Source: Gnetum montanum (Eukaryota; Plantae; Gnetophyta). From it: a DNA stretch of 64,000 bases. The stretch spans positions 341 to 64,340 of the forward strand of contig MNCI01003421.1 in the NCBI GenBank assembly GCA_015680685.1, in the 5' to 3' direction. The notes beneath the pieces are model-generated. The model saw only the letters and a list, made by a program, of their open reading frames with translations, had not been told where the DNA came from and made no database searches. The position numbers were made by a program, and so were the translations under genes. Every line of letters starts with the position of its first letter. Positions within the stretch are counted from its first letter, which is position 1. Shown here piece after piece: positions 39,801 to 53,086 of this stretch.

Positions 39801-42586
39801 GAATTGCTATACTTACCTCCAGAATATTTTCCTTTAACATTTACTATAGTCCATAGCTTTTTCTGAAAATATTTTTTTAATAATTTATATTCTAATTTTT
39901 CTCCATGCCCTTCTTGCTCTTTAGAAAGAAAATCTTCTTCAGATGACATTGATCCTATATGCCTGTTATAAAAATTTAGAATATTATTTACAAAGAAGAT
40001 TAAAACAAACCATAAAAAAAATGTATTTTAAAAATGACCAATGCAATCATGCTCTTTGGTAGACAATGTATAACAGAATTCCATCCAAAAAATAAAAATA
40101 AAAAATAAAGATTATTTTAAATCCAATTCAAAAAAATCTTTCATTTTAAATACCACTCAAAGTCTTAAACCAATTAATAAACACAGATTCACCACTACAT
40201 GTTAACAATCAAATAAAATCCTCAAAGATGGCAAAGAAGTAGTCTATGGATGATTTGGTGAGTCTACTAATTACTGACTAATGTCCATATTTAGTTCCAG
40301 TTTTTAAATTTTCTGGGTTTTCCTATGTTCTCTTATTTTCACTTGAAGAAAATATTTTCAATAATAAAAAGTTGGCAACTATAATAGGAAAAGTGTTAAC
40401 TAGGGATCATAGGAAAGAATTAAATAATGTTGTAAAAATAGTGCTAAACTATCACTATACTATTGGTTTTTACTGGTCTTTGTCTTTTTTACCTTATCCT
40501 TAAATTATTTGTTATTTGTTTTATTATTTATTTTAAAATTTTATTTTTTAAAAGAGTAGTTTATTTATCCTAAAACTCACAGTTATACTTTAAATAACTA
40601 TTTCTTTATTTTTAATTACTTTTTTACTTAAAATTTTTATAGTTTAAAATAAATTCTACTGCAACTAACCGTTAACCATAACACTATTTTTTTTCTCTTA
40701 AATACATTGCAGTTGACACTATAATTGAAATGATTTGCAAGTTATTGGTAGTACAGTAAATGAAATGATTTTGATCTTGAAATAGGTAAATCCACTTAGT
40801 GCAACAAAAAAGTGTTCTCAATCAAACGCAAGAACAATATGCATGATAATTATCTTATGATTTTCCAAAAAAGCTAAATTAATTTTTTGTTGTTCTCATT
40901 TTATGTTTTGAACCACAACAGTGGGTATGAAGCAGCAGTGGGAGAGATAATCAATATGTTGGAACTTAACAGTGACAAAGGTAGTGGCAGAAACTTGTTC
41001 AAATACCAATATCTTTGAAGGTAGTGGTGTCAAAGGTGGCTGCTTGTGATACCAGTATTTGCTTTGTCATTACAAATTTAGTTTGCAGAATTTCTTGCAT
41101 TTCTTATTTATGAGTGTAGCTTGTTAGAAAGTTTTGTGACTATCTTAGGACATTCATAAGTTCTTGCATCTCTTTTTTATAAACATAGCTTGTTGGAAAG
41201 TTTTGTGACTTTCATAGGACATTCATATGTTCATTCTCTAATAGTTCACATAGAGATACAAAAAAAATATGTAAAAGAATGGACCTAAACTGGATTTTGA
41301 TGAATAGAATCCACCGTCTCCATATAGAGATAATCAAGAAACTTCAATTTTAGTTTCATGTTTTTGTTAGGATTTATTTGTAGAATATTAAATGCCAACA
41401 TAGATTAGAGTTTGCTAAGAAATAAATGCTCATTTTCATTTTCATAGTTATTATTGTTGATGTTTGGTTTTCCTCTTGAATTTACAACACTGGGCTTGTT
41501 TTTGCATTATTACATTTTTTATTGTTCAAATACCAATATCTTTGGCAACGAAAAAAGTAGTGAACAACATTCTAAATCTTTCATTCTAAATACCACTCAG
41601 AGAGCCTCAGACCAATAATAAAGGCAGATTCACCACTGCATGTTAATAATCAAATAAAATCTTCAAAGATGAGCTGAAAACAGTGTAGAACTTTGCTTCT
41701 ACTTTTTCACATAGATAAATAAGCATAAGGCAAGATCCAAGATTAAATCTACGAATAGAAGGATTTGCTGCCCCAATTGAAATGGTAATAGAGAAAGGCC
41801 AAAGACGAGGTTACTATATTAACTTTGAAGAGATGGAATTTAAAAATGCGACCCTAATATTTTACAAAATTTCAGTGATTGAACTTTAATGTAATAAGAA
41901 AATATGACTTAAAGAAAAGAATCTCAATAAAGAAAGAAGAGATAATGTACAAAAATGGTCTCTAAATCCATGGTTTAGCCCATTTTGAAGAGGGAAGGAG
42001 GAGTGCTTGTTGCATAGACACTTACCACACAGAGTTGACTAACGATTTATGGTTATGGATAGCGATGCAGAAGCAGCAGCAATGGCTATGAAGAAGGAGC
42101 AGCAATAGCAGGATTAGCATCATTCACAGCACAGCTATGCAAAAGAAGCAGTAATAGCAAGATTAGTAACGTTCACAGCACAGAACCGAAATGTTTTACC
42201 TGAATGTGTTGCTTATTGTCATCCTCGCGATAGAATAAATCCTAAATTTTTTTCCTCCATGTTTGCCATTTCACACATTCAATTCGTTGTAGACCTACAT
42301 TTAATTCATGACAGATATAGTTGTTGAGAATAAAGCATCAGATTCGTATCTTTGAAACCCTAAAATTAAAAAATAAAACCAAAGGAAATGAAATGTGTCA
42401 AAAATGTTTCCTTCTAGTTTGCGGGAAATGTTTCGCCGAGCAAGTGATGGTTAGTGTTCATGGGGAAACTTTTTGCCGAGCAAGTGACAGTTACTGTTCA
42501 TGGGAAAGGTGTTTTGACATAGGATCCCGCTTCTGCAACGAAAAACGTGAAACTTTATGAATCTGTTGCGTTTTCTAGCAACATAG
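36818..42586 (-). mobile_element. hAT DNA transposon (5.77 kb)
   Basis: 8-bp TSD GTCCCAAC at 36810-36817 and 42587-42594. Imperfect TIRs CATAGTTACCGGAAA and (revcomp) CTATGTTGCTAGAAA. Subterminal GGAAA(T/C)GG repeats. Internal transposase. One unsized n join at 37830. Confidence 0.9.
38190..39949 (-). pseudogene. Degenerate hAT transposase (BED finger, DUF659-like region, start of dimerisation domain)
   Basis: WICPYC...RVRYH; RLFYAYGMPFNIARSPYF; NIVQIITDSASN; WTHYATHYLNLLLKDI; LHSIGFLLNP; FWNQYGTQTPLLKEVAICVLCQ followed by a GTAAGT donor. Frameshifted. An AG acceptor lies just upstream of the ATG. Confidence 0.9.
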
Positions 42587-42690
42587 GTCCCAACTAAGCT
42601 AAATTAAACTAAACACATTTTTGCCTCCCTCACTGCATTCCACGTGTCCCACACTTTTTTTTTCTTTCACGTCAACTCATTTCGACATAC
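42587..42690 (+). pseudogene. Stop codon and 3' UTR of the peroxidase relic (right of the hAT insertion)
   Basis: CCCAAC-TAA-GCTAAATTAAACT...CCTCCCTCACTGCAT...TCAACTCA matches the intact gene end CCCAAC-TAA-GCTAAACTAAACT...CCTCCCTCACCGCAT...TCAACTCA (60017-60120). Confidence 0.85.
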
Positions 42691-42749
42691 CCCTCCAAGG
42701 ATCAAAGGTAAATTATTAAAAAATAGTACTGTTTGATGATTTAATCCTC

Positions 42750-43960
42750 TTTTGGCTCACCAAATGGGTCTCTGAGTCTAGAGATGTCCTACCACCACCT
42801 GTATCTAGTATCGTTTTCCTTTGGTTAATGAATACATCCTTCTCCTTAGTCCCATTTCTCTAAAGATAATGGTGAATAAGGGGATGAGCATGAATCCTTA
42901 CAAGTAATTGTGTTCTTCTTTCAAATTCTTTTGTCTATGAGGTGATGAATTTCAAGCCATGTATGGAACATTATTATTATGGTACCACCGAATAGTTTAT
43001 ATTATGGAAAATGAGGATAGTAGCTTGCATCAAGAAACTTGACATGTTCCTACTATGGTTGATTTAAAATTTCCTCTTGTAATGGTGTAGAAGTCCATGG
43101 TGAACATTTTTGAACTTGTGTCCAATACGATAGTTCTAGTGAATATGGCTAATATTGATGGGGAATTACATGAGGTATTTGTTTTGTAGGCTACAAAGTT
43201 TTATGGTTGGAAGAATGATGACATGAGGAAGATTGTTGCAATGTAGAGGGAACCTTCCAAGGTGTTAAATTTCAAGAATTAGATTTCATTCCTTGAAGTT
43301 TTGGCTGAAAAATGAACCACTGATAAGAAATTTGATCATGGTAAGGCCTCTTACCTTTTGCTTTTCTTTAACCACTTATGCTTTATAGTGTAACTAGCTT
43401 TACAACTACTTCAATAACTTTATTTTCCAAATCCTTGAGACATGATGTCATCTTTTGATTTAACACATTCCAAACGTTATCAAAAACATTGGCAAGGTCT
43501 ACCAAAGCCCTCTTAGTTCCCAATCTTTACTGAACAAAGGCTTCAACAACATTAGAAGTTTAAATCTTACATTCAACATTTTTTACATCCTTTTTCCATT
43601 GGAAATTTATGTTGGCTTTCTATACAATAGCATGCTTATGTCATTTGCCTTCTAATTTAGCTACAACATCCAACGCAATAGCAATTTGGGCCATTGACCT
43701 CTGGTAGAGATTACCCTTGACATACAGATCCATCCTTTCATGAGTTTTTAGCCATAGGGCTTCTATAAGGTGCATTAATTGGTCACATTTGATAAACCAA
43801 CAATTTGGACATTGGTTGAGCATGCAATTGTACCATTCTATGGCCACATCCAATGATGCATTGTTATACACCTTTCATCCTACTCTCTTATTTCTAAGGC
43901 TTGTAACTTGGGTATAAGATGAAAATTTGACATTAAAATTTTTTAACATGTTTGTCCAAG
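42750..43960 (-). mobile_element. Old inverted gag fragment of the Athila-like family
   Basis: Minus strand MLKNFNVKFSSYTQVTSLR...SLDVAIEWYNCMLNQCPNCWF..DQLMHLIEAL...YVKGNL aligns with the gag of copies A and B (MLELFNDKYQ...SL..ALG.YYSLL...HIIDGL...YAQG.L). Boundaries are approximate. Confidence 0.7.
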
Positions 43961-44521
43961 AAGAGATAGAATTAGGTGGAAGAGCTTAATACTATGTTTT
44001 AGCATGAATAGTATGTGTGTGGGGAGAAAGATGGAGTTTTTCCACTCACTGTTCAACCTTTGCAACTCACAAGAGATGATAAATATTTGAAAATGGAGCT
44101 ATACATAATTATTTAACTACTCATTAAATGTAGGAATGTCAACCATATTAACCTTTTTATTATGATCTTCTTAATGCTTTTAGGTGCGATGCAAACTGCT
44201 TCATGAATTTGATCCTGGTAGGTCCATGAAAACAATGGCTCATCCAAGCCATTAACACCTCCATCCAAACGAAGGTAAGACAAATGTGAAATGATGAACT
44301 ACCTCAACTTACAAAAACTATAGCTTAACTCCCATGCAAAAAAATGTATGAATATTCTTCCCCTAGAATCATTCATGTTGCAGCAATGAGAGTATTTAGG
44401 AGAAGGTCTTGCTAGCTTCCTAGCATGTATGTACTCATACTACTATTTTGCAATCATATCATGAAGCTCTTACTTTTCATGAGTAGCATACTTGATTTTT
44501 TAGATAATATGAATTCATAAT

Positions 44522-44958
44522 TGATGAGTGACAAGGTACCCCTACACCCAACTATACGAATCATAGGCGTTAGTTACTTAATAGTAAGTTACTTAGTAAT
44601 TCTAGTGGCAATTGTATTAGCCTAGGGTATGTATGGTAAGTCAGGACTAGATGCTTATTTTCGCTAGGCTAAGTTAGCATTTCATTTCCATTACCCTTTA
44701 GTTAATAGAATTTATATTCATCATACAATATTTTAATTTAGTACTCTATGAGCCAATTAAGACCATCTGACTATATACCTCATTAAAAGTTAAACTATGT
44801 ATTTTGACATTTACTAACTCTAGTAAGAAGACACCAATTATAAACTTACTATCAATATACTAGTATATAATATTTTTACATCCATAAATTATGATCTGAT
44901 AGCACATGTATGATTATGGCTTATATAGTTAGGTGTTAGAAACTCTCAATACTCACCA
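44522..44958. repeat. Rearranged LTR remnant: inverted ~45-bp LTR end fused to a forward LTR 3' half
   Basis: 44522-44567 is the reverse complement of the family LTR end. The rest follows the + strand LTR to ...ACTCACCA at 44958. Confidence 0.65.
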
Positions 44959-47077
44959 CTATGCAAAATATCTAACAACCACAAATTATGTCAGGCATAG
45001 TAATTTGTGCATATTTTTACATCAACTTAATGGAATAGGCCTTAAACTTTAATTTTGGATAATTTTATGAGAAATATTTAAACTACCAAGCCTCAAAAAG
45101 AGGTTTAGATCTAAGAAAAAGTTCTTGGAACTAAAATAGACATGAAAACATGTACAATTCGCCATGCTTCATGGGTTTACAATATGAAATTACTTTAGAT
45201 TATTGAGAGAGAGAAAAAGATATATAATGAAATCCCAAATAGATCCTAAAAATATCTACAAATGGATTGAATTTAAGCCTAAAATTTAATAAAACTTTGA
45301 ATACTTAAGTACTAAGATTGTTAAAGAAGAAATGTATAATTATGATAGTTAATTCATTAATGTTGTGCTAATGATCACAGGTAATAGTTATGTTAGTTGG
45401 TATTTGCTTTTAATTCTACTAGTGTCCTTTGCAATATGAGCCCCATCTTCCAGCTTCATTTTGGATAACACTAAGGTGATTTCATCTACTATGAAGGTGT
45501 TCTAACCTTTTCTAAATGCATTTTATGCATATGATAGTTAAAAGACTTTAATAAAGTTCCCAACTAATAGTACATATGATAAATCAGAGTGTGCAATAGA
45601 AGATTTAGTAATTAAAAGGTGTTATGAATGAAGAATTAAAGCATTATAATGTCTTTTGAGCCATGTTATAGATTTTTAAAATGGCACATGTGAATATATT
45701 TTGTATTTAATGTAACATTGTACTTAAAGAATATTTATATGAGATTTTGGTGAATTATTTTCTAGATATTGTAAAGTGTTTATTCTTTATAGTTTATTTA
45801 GTACCCTTACTAGGTTATAAAGTTTCATACTAAATGTATTAAGATTTCCAAGTGGTTGATTTTGGGTGTTAAGTTTTGCATCTGGAATTTATGGATTTCA
45901 AAGTAATTAACTTATGTCTATTAGATAGTTTCATAGGTTTAATTATAATTAATTTCAAGGTGTGATAAAGTGAATAGTAAGATTAACACTAATATGATAA
46001 ATAGAATTGAAATAGGATGAAAGAAATGAATAGAAGCTAGTAGTGTATTTTGTGATTGAAGAATTCCTAATAAGCTGAAGGGTAAGTGATGAAGTGATTA
46101 CTCTAATAATTAGAGCGGTTACTCTAATTATTAGAGTAGTTGCTCCCAAGTCTATAAATACAGTGCCCGGGTGCATAATTGGAAGGGAGTCTGGTAGCAA
46201 TCAAGTAGCAAAACTCTTGTAGTCTATTTGAAGATTAGAGTATTTTCCAAGTGCCCGCAACAGGAGGTTGAAGTGTGGATGGATCTTTATTCGAGCATTT
46301 TGTACCTAAGCACACCTTGTGTATGGCAATAAAGATGAGCTCTTTAATTCATCCTTGTAGCACTTGAGATTTGTTTTCTTACACATTTCTTTTATTTTAA
46401 TTTCTTATGCATTTATTTTATTTTATTTTATTTTATGCACTTTGCATTTCTGTTATTAGCACAGCAATTCATTTTGATCAATTAAACAAATCGTTAAATT
46501 ACACTCAATATGATCACTTCGAACATGCATGTAACACTTGGTAACCCACTAATGATTAGCATTTGGTAATCTCAGTAGTGTTGCACTAGGTTAGGATGTG
46601 TACAGTAAGTGAGAATGGATACTGGTGTTAGGATTAGTTAAAGCATATTTAATCAGTAGTTAAGTTAAATTAGTCACTTAGTTATCTCTCTCTTCTCCCT
46701 TATTAGCAGCAGGACATAAAAACATAAAAGCTATAAAAATCATATGCCTCAAGCTTACTTAACCATACAATCATGACATACAGGTAAGCTTGGGAAGACA
46801 ACGATCAACCAACATGTCGTTATTCCACAAAGGCACATAGGCACTAAGTCCTTGGAATTCAATCGAATCATGCGTGAAACACTCGTATTCGTATGGTTGA
46901 GTGTAGGGGTACCTCACCACTCATCATTGGTGCCATTGCTGTGGACTTAGTTTTTTGTGCACTAATTAGAACATAGGAAATCATTCACATCATTGGAATG
47001 AACCCTTAGGGTTGGTTGAGAAAATAATAAAAAGAATACATTGCACACTAAACAAACAAGTATATCATCTTCTTTGT

Positions 47078-50000
47078 ATGAAATCACCTCACCACCTAGG
47101 TCTGAAACAAGAAATAATCGACGGTGTAATACACCTGACGTTCATTTGCTAGTCCCTTAACAAGTTCGAGTGGTATATATTAATCCCAATGAGTATATAC
47201 TTGACTTCACCTTTATCCTCCATCAAGACGAACAACTGTGTTAGCGAGACTTAGAAGGTAAGATAGTGTTACCTCTTGATCATTCAGTCCCAAGCATGCT
47301 TCTTCATGCTCTTACACGAATTGGCATGCCACACTTATATGTAGAATATGTTGTACAAGACCATGACTCAAGAGAATATCATTCCATAGAGGCACAACGT
47401 CAAAGGGACTTGCAAAAGGAGAGACATCATAAGTCTTTGAAGGGTAAGTGGTCCCAAGATGTCCCACATGTCTTAAGAAAAAATGAGGGTGGTGAACCTA
47501 CCTTAGGTAGTCGCCCATACAACGATGTTTCTCCCCTTAACTTTAGCCAAGGGGTTTTGTATCAGAACCTTCATTTCACTATTAATAACCCAGGTTCTGA
47601 TACCCATGGGCATAAAGGATTTGAAAAAGGAACACAAACTCATGATAAAGGTGGACGTTCTGATCGCAATCGTAATTGAGGTCGAGACCACAAAAGAGAA
47701 GGTAGTAGAAACCATCATGGTGAAAATTCTCCTTCTTCTTCTTCTTATTCATCTCCTTCACCCTCTCCTTCAGTATCTAGATGCAATCATAAAGGAAAAG
47801 ACCATGGGGATGAAGGTAGGCAAAGTGGAAGTCATAGGTGAAATAGCCAAGAAAGGGGACGAGGGCACTTTAGAGAGTCATGACATGGAAGAAGGGAGAG
47901 TAGGGAACAACATAGGCATCATAGACACCATGGATGAGATGATTACGATGAACCCCTACTCTCTACTCAAAGTATGTTGGACATAATTGAGGCTATTAAA
48001 ATTTCAATAAGGCACCAGAAAGATAGTAGGATCAAGAGATTAGATATGAACAATATCCCACGATTTGAAGGGGGATACAACATTGATCCTCAAAATCATT
48101 TACAAGCATTCCATGATGCATGTGCCTTACAAAACATAGAGAATGAATGAAAAAAACTTAAGTTGTTCTCGTGGACACTAGTTAAAGAAGTAGAAAGTTG
48201 GTACTAGTCCTTAGAACTAGAATCTATTTATAGATGGAGTACTATGTTAGAATATTCAACAATAAGTACCAAACATACTCTTGAGTGTCCAACCTACAAA
48301 AGCAAATCCAAGATTGGAAACAACGAGGACATGAANNNNNNNNNNNNNNNNNNNNNNNNNNNNNNNNNNNNNNNNNNNNNNNNNNNNNNNNNNNNNNNNN
48401 NNNNNNNNNNNNNNNNNNNNNNNNNNNNNNNNNNNNNNNNNNNNNNNNNNNNNNNNNNNNNNNNNNNNNNNNNNNNNNNNNNNNNNNNNNNNNNNNNNNN
48501 NNNNNNNNNNNNNNNNNNNNNNNNNNNNNNNNNNNNNNNNNNNNNNNNNNNNNNNNNNNNNNNNNNNNNNNNNNNNNNNNNNNNNNNNNNNNNNNNNNNN
48601 NNNNNNNNNNNNNNNNNNNNNNNNNNNNNNNNNNNNNNNNNNNNNNNNNNNNNNNNNNNNNNNNNNNNNNNNNNNNNNNNNNNNNNNNNNNNNNNNNNNN
48701 NNNNNNNNNNNNNNNNNNNNNNNNNNNNNNNNNNNNNNNNNNNNNNNNNNNNNNNNNNNNNNNNNNNNNNNNNNNNNNNNNNNNNNNNNNNNNNNNNNNN
48801 NNNNNNNNNNNNNNNNNNNNNNNNNNNNNNNNNNNNNNNNNNNNNNNNNNNNNNNNNNNNNNNNNNNNNNNNNNNNNNNNNNNNNNNNNNNNNNNNNNNN
48901 NNNNNNNNNNNNNNNNNNNNNNNNNNNNNNNNNNNNNNNNNNNNNNNNNNNNNNNNNNNNNNNNNNNNNNNNNNNNNNNNNNNNNNNNNNNNNNNNNNNN
49001 NNNNNNNNNNNNNNNNNNNNNNNNNNNNNNNNNNNNNNNNNNNNNNNNNNNNNNNNNNNNNNNNNNNNNNNNNNNNNNNNNNNNNNNNNNNNNNNNNNNN
49101 NNNNNNNNNNNNNNNNNNNNNNNNNNNNNNNNNNNNNNNNNNNNNNNNNNNNNNNNNNNNNNNNNNNNNNNNNNNNNNNNNNNNNNNNNNNNNNNNNNNN
49201 NNNNNNNNNNNNNNNNGTAATGCCACAAGGGCTATTAACTCTCAACCTACTATTGGTTTTAACAACCACATGAAGAAAAGACCTTTCTTTAGAACCAACA
49301 GTCCAACCGAGCCCTTGCAATCACAAGCGGCTGATTCCTTAGACGCTTCAATATCAATCAAAACTTCAAAGCCTCCTTCAATAGAACCACCACACTCAAC
49401 ACATACATTCATGCTAACACATACTGTCATCAATTGGATCAAAGATGGCCACCTTCCTAGGAAATTCTCTGATCCTGGGAGTCCTCTGATATACTTACAA
49501 ATTGCTGGAAATGCATCATGCAAGGCTCTTTTGGATTTAGTTCCTAGTGTTAACTTGATTTCTCAAGAAATGTACAAGGCCTAGAATNCCTAGTGTTAAC
49601 TTGATTTCTCAAGAAATGTACAAGGCCTAGAATCTACCTCCATTGAGAAAGAGCAACACCCATCTAGAGTTGGCTAACTAGTCCATCATTGTCCCATTGG
49701 GATTGGTGGAAGACATTGTTACCACTATTTGTGGGTGGTCATACCTAGCTGACTTCCTAGTGATTCAGGTAAACAACAGTAAGGGGAACTTCCCAATCAT
49801 AATGGGAAGAGCATGGTTAAGCATCATCAACACATGCCTAGGAATATGAAATCTTTCCCTGGAAATATCAAAGGAAAATACATTTACAAAGATCAAGAAG
49901 AAGAAAGTTCCATGCATCACATAGAATGACACATGGTGTAATTGCGTGCAAAGTTTAGCATTGACTGCATGCAATCAATGTGCACAAGTGATTAACATAC

Positions 50001-53000
50001 AAAGATGCCTGTATGTAGTAGCCACACGATAGGAAGATGCCTAGTGACTGATAGTTGATCAAGAAAGTAGTTCACTCATATGCATGGAACCAACTGAGAG
50101 TTTGACTTGTGCTTACATCAATAGCATAGATGCATTAGAGCAAGTCCACCACCAACTTCCAAGTCTTAACCTTGAAAATATCAACTAGGGGAAGTTTGAA
50201 ATCCATAAGAAATTTAACCAGAAGCCCCTCAAGCTGAAACCATTGCCCACTAGTATGGAATACATGTTCCTTAAAAATGGAAAATCGATAATTATCAATG
50301 CTAAGCTTACTCCTCAACAAAAAGAAGAACTGCCAAAAGTAATAAATAAATGGTTGGAAGCCTTCGCTTGGTCATATCCCGAATTAACTAGAATAGATCC
50401 TAGGATATGCCAATATAGAATTTACACTAACCCCTCCATGAAGCCTTGAAGACAACCACAGAGGCAATTGAACATTAAGCTAAAGCAATTAGTTAAGGAA
50501 AAAATTGAATAGTTTCTCAAGGCTGGGTTCATATACCCCATTGCTGATAGTGAATGGATTAGCCCCTTAGTAGCCATGCCTAAAAAGGGATGCAAATGGA
50601 GGGTGTGCATAGATTTCAGGCNCATGCCTAAAAAGGGATGCAAATGGAGGGTGTGCATAGATTTCAAGCTACTAAATATGGCAACATTCTAATATTACTT
50701 TCCATTGCCATTTGTTGACCAAGTCTTAGACACCATCGCAGGGCATCGCTATTATAATTTTCTAGATGAATATAATGGATATAACCAAATACAAATAGCC
50801 CTAGAAGACCAAGCCAAAACTTTGTTCACCAGTCCTTGGGGAATGTTCGCATACAAATAGATGTTTTTTGGCTTGTTCAATGCCCCTGCAACATTTCAAC
50901 GACTATTTCTAAGAATATTCCAATAGCAGATAGGGAATGCAATGGAGGTCTTTATGGACGACTTTTCCACTTATATAGCAAACTTTGATCAAGCCTTAGA
51001 CTGGTTGGAGCAAGTGTTAAAAAGATGTGTAGAAACCAATTTGAGGCTCAACTAGCAAAAAAGCCATTTGATGGTCCAAGAAGGCATAGTACTAGGGCAC
51101 AAAATATTACACACACGTATAGAGGTAGACCCTAAGAAAATCAAAATTATCCAAGGAATTACCCATAAACTGGAAACTATCAAAGATATTCGATCATTCC
51201 TTAGACATACTAGCTACTATAGGAGATTTATTGAGAACTTTTCAAAGGTTTCCAAACCATTGGTGGAATTAATGAAAAAGCACGTACCTTTCAAGTGGAC
51301 CAGGGAATGTGAATTAGCTTTCTAAACATTGAAACAAAAGCTAGTAGAAACACCCATTCTACAAGCTCCTCACTAGTCCAAACCATTCCATATCATGACT
51401 TACGTGTCCAACTATGCTTTAGAAGTCGTACTTACACAGTTAGATAACCAGAAGCATCCTTATTACATCCACTTTGCAAGTAGATGTATCACTAGTGCAC
51501 AACTAAACTACACTACCACAAAGAAAGAATTAATGGATGTAGTGTTTGCACTAGAAAAGTTTAGACACTATGTATTGAGATATAAAGTATATATACACAC
51601 AGATCATAGTGCAATATAGTTCCTCATGAATAAGACAATGGTAAGCCCTCATATCATACAATGGCTTGTAATCTTACAAGAGTTAAATTTAACGATGATC
51701 AATCGCAAGGGCACTGAGAATGTAGTTGATGATCATTTATCTCAATTGTAATGGAACAACAAAGAGGATGAGTATCCAATTTCTGATCATTTCCCTAATC
51801 AATTTCTCTTTGCTGGTGTAGTGAATAATCAATCACCCATGGAGACAAACTAGTACAGCAGCATTCTTACCTATCTCCTTACCCAACAAACACCACCAGC
51901 ATTAAACCTTAAGAAGAAATAATAATTTCTTCACTGAGCCAAGTACTTTATGGAGATCAATGGGAAACTTTACAAAGTGTGTCTTGATGGCTTGGTTCAA
52001 TGGTGTGTTCCCGATATAGATCACTGCGAGTTCTCCAAGATGCTCATGAGGGTCCTTGTGGGGGTTATTATGTTGAGAGATGAATGGCCATCAAGATCCT
52101 ACTTGCAGGATATTATTGGCCTACATTATTTTGGGATGCCCATCGTTTCGTCCAATCTTGTGAGCATTGTTAATGTGATGGGGCAATTACCGCTAGAATG
52201 GAGGGTCTGCAACAATGGATTCAGCCATTACAACCCTTTGACATTTGTGGAATTGATTTTATGGGGCCGATTATACCAATGTCCAATGGAAAAGCTTATA
52301 TTATTGTTGCTGTTGATTACCTAACAAAATGGGCCGAAGTAGCTACTATTAAAGATTGTACATCATCTACAGTTGCATGATTTTTTCAACAACAAATCAT
52401 AAACAAGTTTGGTGTGTCGTGTGCACTTATTTTAGACAATGGTACACATTTCATAGGTGCAACTTTTTGAAAATTAATGCTATGCTTTGGGGTTGAACAC
52501 AAACTGACAACACCATACCACCCCTACGCGAACAGTCAAGCCGAAGACACCAATAGGGAGATTATGAAAATATTGACAAGAACTATTAGCAAGTTTAGAA
52601 GATGCTCGAGCACTAAACTAAATGATGCTCTTTATTCATATCACTTCACATGGAAACTCCCTAAACGCTACTCTCCCTATGAGTTAGTGTACGGTAAATT
52701 ACCAACACTTCACATTCAAACTAAGCTCCATACACTATCCATGGCATGTGACCTCAACCTTAACCTCGACCTAGCATAGAAAGAATAGTTAGTCCCTTAA
52801 TTTGCTGGATGAAAACTGACTAGCTACCCTATCATCTAATGAATTACACAAGGCATTCAATAAGCAATGTCATGACCTACGAAATAAGAAAGTTAAATAT
52901 CAACTGGGAGATAAGGTTCTCTACTGGAATCTCACACATGTGCCACAATGCACTAAATTTCAAACACTGTGGGAAGGACCTTATATTATTTATGCAACTT

Positions 53001-53086
53001 TTCCTTCAGGGGCCATGACAATATACAAACCTAAGAGCCCGAATAGGAAACTTTTGGTCAACGTGCAACAATCCAAACCTTTCTAA
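47078..53086 (+). pseudogene. Degenerate gag-pol of copy C (N gap at 48336-49216)
   Basis: ALLDLVPSVNLIS; WISPLV..PKKG..WRVCIDF; FMDDF (~50951); GIVLGH...IRSFL; LNYTTTKKEL..VVFALEKFRHY; GIDFMGP...AVDYLTKWAEV; TTPYHPYANSQAE. Confidence 0.93.
48336..49216. other. Assembly gap
   Basis: Run of N. Confidence 1.

Noticed and set aside
48242-49584. Long 268-446 aa ORFs in the track (also near 35075 and 60992)
   Set aside because: Artefacts of translating N gaps.
49543-49633. Near-exact short duplications flanking single n (also 50575-50665 and 60876-61006)
   Set aside because: Each straddles a contig join, typical of unmerged assembly overlaps.
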